Origin: Selaginella moellendorffii
Lineage: Eukaryota > Plantae > Lycopodiophyta
NCBI RefSeq assembly: GCF_000143415.4
Contig: NW_003314261.1
Coordinates: 868,001 to 932,000 of the forward strand
Length of the DNA stretch: 64,000 bases
Direction of reading: 5' to 3'
Below, in pieces: positions 59,625-64,000 of the stretch. A program made the translations under genes and the position numbers. How positions within the stretch are numbered: position 1 is the first letter of the stretch; each line of letters begins with the position of its first letter. The notes beneath the pieces are model-generated. The model was not told where the DNA came from. It worked only from the letters and a program-made list of their open reading frames with translations, and did not search any database.

Positions 59625-59845
59625 CGCTGATCGGGAAGAGAGAGCGCAGAGAATGTAGCTAGGGCAAGCGATCGATCAAAGAATCCACCATAGCTAAAGA
59701 GAGAATGATCGATCGCCCGGCGCGTAAGTCCATATCCAGCCGTTGACGTGCCAGCGGCTAGGATGCTGCCAGAGGCTTGCCACGTTTCTACACGAAGTTA
59801 GGGTTGGCGCCGTTTAGAAGCATTTCAAACTGGAAGCTTTTGGCT

Positions 59846-61825
59846 ATGGATGACGCTAAGCGCGCAGTGAAGCACGGGTATGTCCATTCGATTCTTCGAT
59901 CAAACGCTGCAATGCTGGGGGAAATTTGTGAGTAACGGGAGGTTTTGATTCAATCTAGAGCCGAGAGTGTCGCCGAGGGGGCCGAGAACGCGGCCCAGGA
60001 TGTCAAGGAGGCTTTTGGAGCGTCCCAGCCTGGATTGTCGACGCATGCTCCTCAGGAAGTCCAGCAGCAGCAGGGATCTGGATGGTTCCAGAAGGGATTT
60101 CTACTGCCAGAGGACGAGAGGGCTGAGGATTCCAGTCACGGGCAGCAGAAGATCGATGAATCGAAGCACAGGATCGATGAAGCCAAGCACAAGACCGAGG
60201 AACATGGCAAGGGTTTGCTCGGTGCGCTGGGAGAAATCGCCACGAATATCAAGAACGCTGTCGGGGGCGTCACAGAGGACGCCAAGGAACAGGGACGTCA
60301 TATGGCGGACAGCGCTCGAGAGACTGCTGGGGAATACCAAGGAAAAAGCGAGGATCAAACTGACCGAGCCAGAGAAAGAGCGGACGACACGAAAAAATCC
60401 GCTAGAGAGACCAAAGACGATATCAAGGATCGAGCTGGCAAGACAGTGGACGATACAAAGAGGTCCGCGAGAGAAACCAAGGATGAGATGACTGACAAAG
60501 CCAAGAGAACCACCGATGAAACAAAGAAGTCTGCGAGAGAAACCAAGGACGAGGTGACAGACAGAGCGAAGAGGACCACCGATGAAACAAAGAAGTCCGC
60601 CAGAGAAACCAAGGACGAGGTGACAGACAAAGCAAAGAGGGTCGCCGATGAAACAAAGATGTCTGCGAGAGAAACCAAGGACGAGGTGAAAGATAGAACT
60701 CAGAGAACGGTGGACGATACGAAGAGGTATGTGAGGGAAACCAAGGACGAGGTGACGGACAGAGCTCGGAGTGCTGTGGATGAAACCAAACACAAGGCTG
60801 GAGACGCAGCGGACAGAGCTTCGGAGCAAGGCAAAGGCCTGTTTGGAACACTCGGTGAAATGGCTAGTAACTTGAGGAACGCTGTGGCCGGGACTACCGA
60901 GGACGTGACGCACGATAGAACCGAGCTGGTTGCCAACAGAGCCGATGAGCTGAAGGAGAAAGGCAAGAATGCGGCGGATGACTCGGTTGACGAGACAAAA
61001 GACGAGGCTTCTGAGCGAGGCAATGCTCTCTTGGATCGTGTCAAAGGCACCGCGGAAGACACACGTAACAAGGTGTATGAAACGAAGGATGAGGCTGCAG
61101 CAAGAGGGACCCGGGTGGTGGACAAAGTCAAGGATACGGCGGGGATCTTGAAGCAGAAAAGTGAAGACGCTGTCGAAAATGTAAAGCACAAGACCGATGA
61201 GACGGCAGATCGAGGCAAAGGTGTACTGAATTACGTCAAGGGTGTTGTCACAACGCCAACAGCCGGAGAGCACCAACAACATCGGCCACAGAAAGCAGAG
61301 GCCCCTCAACCACAGCAACGTAACCTTCGAGAAAAATACGAGGAGGCAAAGAGCAAAGCCAGAGACAATGCCGAGAAAGTGAAGGAAAACACCAAGCAAC
61401 GCATGGAGGCGGCGACTGAAGCTGGCAGGGGGATCCTGGACGCAATCGGGGATGTGGCTTCCGAGTTCACGGACGTATTACAGGGATCGACTCGTCATGT
61501 ACAGTCCGTGTCGGCTCGTGAGGTTGACGCACAGCGCGCAATGTCGGCAGCTCAAGGCAGAACGCAAGTGCCTCCCAATCTCGCCAAACTCAACGACGCT
61601 GCCCGCGAGGAGACCGAGCGGATTGTAGCTGAGCAAAAAGCGCTGGATGATGCTGCTGCCACCGCATCGTCTTCACCACCACCAACTAAAGAGCAGGACA
61701 AGAGCGTCATTGAATCCGTGGCTGAGTGGGTCGTGGACAGGAAGCAGCAGCTTACAGACGAGATGACACAGCGCGTAGTCGAAGCAGAGAAAGCCAAGCA
61801 GGACGAGGAGAGGAACAAGCGCTAG
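59846..61825 (+). CDS. Late embryogenesis abundant (group 3-like) hydrophilic protein; intron 59878-59958
   Basis: The ATG exon MDDAKRAVKHG splices in frame to AESVAEG. The protein is rich in K/E/D/T/A/R with 11/22-aa periodicity, and ACGT boxes lie upstream (59746, 59779). Confidence 0.85.
60380..60790 (+). repeat. 66-bp (22-aa) coding tandem repeat, about 6 copies
   Basis: Unit approximately DETKKSARETKDEVTDRAKRTT. Confidence 0.9.
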
Positions 61826-61926
61826 CTTGGAGCGTGTACCTGGTAAAACTTTGTCGTTCACTTCACTGTTTTATTTACTTGTTCTGATTGCTACTTCCAG
61901 GATCACAGTACAAGACCTTGCTTCTG

Positions 61927-63158
61927 TCAATGCTTTGGGAGGAGCATGTACTCTGGCTTGGAGTCGTGGTTGATAAACATGTAAGCCTTTCCAGTTGGAC
62001 CCTTCTTCACCACCTCTTGAACGTAGTCTCCGAATTTGACAGGCTTGTAGAGCTGGGGGTGGTCCTCGTCGATGAGTTCCGGAGCAGGGGCGACTGTCGA
62101 ATCGAACAAGCAGCTGTAGTTGGAAGCGATGGACATCCTGGGACGTGATGCGTTCACTTTCACGCGATGGATGACGCTCTGGTACCTCCCGTTGCTCATC
62201 AGCTGGGCGTTCATCACAACACGAGTAAGTTTGGAGACGGACAGAGCAGAACAGGAAGAACTTTACCTCGAGGAGATCACTGATGTTGATGGTGATTGCT
62301 CCCGGGATGGGCTCGACGACCACCCAGGTGTTGTTCTGGAGAACTTGGAGGCCGGGAATGCCATCTTGAAGCAGCAATGTGAGTCCTCCAAAGTCGGAAT
62401 GGGGCTCGATGCCGAGCACCTTGTCAGGCTCTGGACAACCGGGATAGTAGTTCGTCAGGATAGATTGGTTGGGAACTCCAAAGCGTTTCTCGAAGTAGTC
62501 TGTAGGGAGACCAACGCCTTCGGACAGGAATCCCAGGATTTTCCTCGTGAGCATCAGGAAGTCATCAGAGAGACCGGACATCACTTCTCTGGAAAGTTAG
62601 CAATCGCAGAGTTTAAAGACGAACAAATGGAAGAACAGGGGCTTCATAATGGACCACCTTTCAGAGACGAAGAAATGGAAGAACAGGGAAGCTAGCTTAC
62701 TTGTATTGCAGTGGCTGCGCGGGCCAGCTATCCAAGTTCCTCTTTGGAGACGTGCACAGGAAAAAGTAGTCCCTCCATAGCTGGACAGCGTCGGCAGCAT
62801 TGGAGATCTTACTTCCATAGCCATCGCTCTTGAAGCCATACTCCTTGGCGGCATACTTGAGTTTCTCCTCCTTGGGCAGCTCGAAGAACTCCCTCGACAC
62901 CTTCTGCGGCTTGGTGACATCAATGCCGTGGTTGATGACCTGGAAGAATCCCCACTCGCTGCTGGCACTTGCGATCTCGCGCACCACTCTCTCATGCTGC
63001 TCGGGGCTGAGATTGAAGTCACAGAGATCAACCACGGGTACCGACTTCCCAGGCTCGTGGGTCACCACTGGGACCTTGTCCTCGGGAGCTATGTAGTTCT
63101 TGGGGACCGCTTTCAATGATTTGCTGAGCTCTTGGACTGGAACAAACTCCGCGCCCAT
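61927..63158 (-). CDS. 2-oxoglutarate/Fe(II)-dependent dioxygenase (DOXC class), 3 exons
   Basis: VPVVDL, EWGFFQVINHG, NYYPGCPEP, HSD (HxD), SNGRYQSVIHRV and RMS (RxS). Confidence 0.94.
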
Positions 63159-63437
63159 TGCAAAGATCTCTCCTTTCGTCATTTTAGATGCTCGCACCCT
63201 TTTAGTAGCGAAACAATTGGAGCGGGATCTATCCACGTATCCCGGTGGTGTGGGTGTTGACTAGCTACCAGTCAACTCGATGCTTGACTTTTTTCTGTCC
63301 TTGAGATTTGGGTATCATTGACGTTCCAAAGTTTGACAAAAAGATCTATTGCGTTTTTCATAATGTAGCTGCCCTCAATAATTATTTCTTTGTTCTGATT
63401 GATACTTCCAGGATCACAGTAGAAAACCTTGCTTCTC

Positions 63438-64000
63438 TCAATGCTTTTGGAAGAGCATGTACTCCGGCTTGGAGTCGTGGTTGATAAGCATGTAAGACTT
63501 TCCAGTTGGACCCTTCTTCACCACCTCCTGAACGTAGTCTCCGAATTTGACAGGCTTGTAGAGCTGGGGGTGCTCCTCGTCGATGAGTTCCGGAGCAGGG
63601 GCAACACCGGAATCGAACGAGCAGCTGTAGTTGCAAGCAATGGACATCCTGGGACGCGACGCGTTCACTTGCACGCGATGGATGACACTCCGGTACCTCC
63701 CGTTGCTCATCAACTGGGAGTTCATCATAAACACAAGTGCAAAACAGGAAGAACGTTTACCTCAAGGAGATCACTGATGTTGATGGTGATTGCTCCCGGG
63801 ATGGGCTCGACGACCACCCAGGTGTTGTTCTTGAGAACTTGGAGGCCGGGAACACCATCTTGAAGCAGCAACGTAAGTCCTCCAAAGTCGGAGTGGGGCA
63901 TGAAGCCGAGCACCTTGTCAGGCTCTGGACAACCGGGATAGTAGTTCGTCAGGATGGATTGGTTGGGAATTCCGAAGCACTTCTCGAAGTAGTCAGTAGG
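63438..64000 (-). CDS. Tandem paralogous 2OG-Fe(II) dioxygenase (5' part outside window)
   Basis: Last two exons and 3' flank are closely similar to the 61927-63158 gene. Confidence 0.92.

Noticed and set aside
60101-61399. 432-aa antisense ORF
   Set aside because: Shadow of the repetitive LEA coding strand.
61927-64000. Tandem dioxygenases as a biosynthetic gene cluster
   Set aside because: No scaffold-forming enzyme is visible in the window, and tandem DOXC duplicates are common.

Overview
Eukaryotic plant genomic DNA. The 50-80 bp introns, sub-300 bp intergenic gaps and many PLS/DYW PPR genes suggest a lycophyte such as Selaginella (inference; no search run). Two gene-dense flanks surround a ~24 kb nest of LTR retroelements (18.4-42.4 kb). 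Left flank: CNGC channel, two divergent PPR genes, PPR and AUG6 pseudogenes, a class II (PTEN-FH1-FH2) formin and an orphan intronless gene. Nest: a young Copia element with identical LTRs but an inverted gag and no protease, inserted into an inverted formin duplicate; two non-coding LARD-like elements, one nested in the other's LTR; a solo LTR; and a decayed Gypsy pol. Right flank: DYW-PPR, a paralogue of the orphan, HGSNAT-like, MFS, OSCA/CSC1, zinc-knuckle, LEA and tandem 2OG-Fe(II) dioxygenase genes. The best candidate for an undescribed system is a small family of intronless genes resembling fungal/oomycete Crinkler-type restriction-endonuclease-fold + kinase proteins. Two are intact but have lost the catalytic residues of both domains, and a broken third copy keeps the PD-ExK motif. 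The antisense-gag Copia and a local cluster of template-switch inversions are also notable. All alignments were made by eye.
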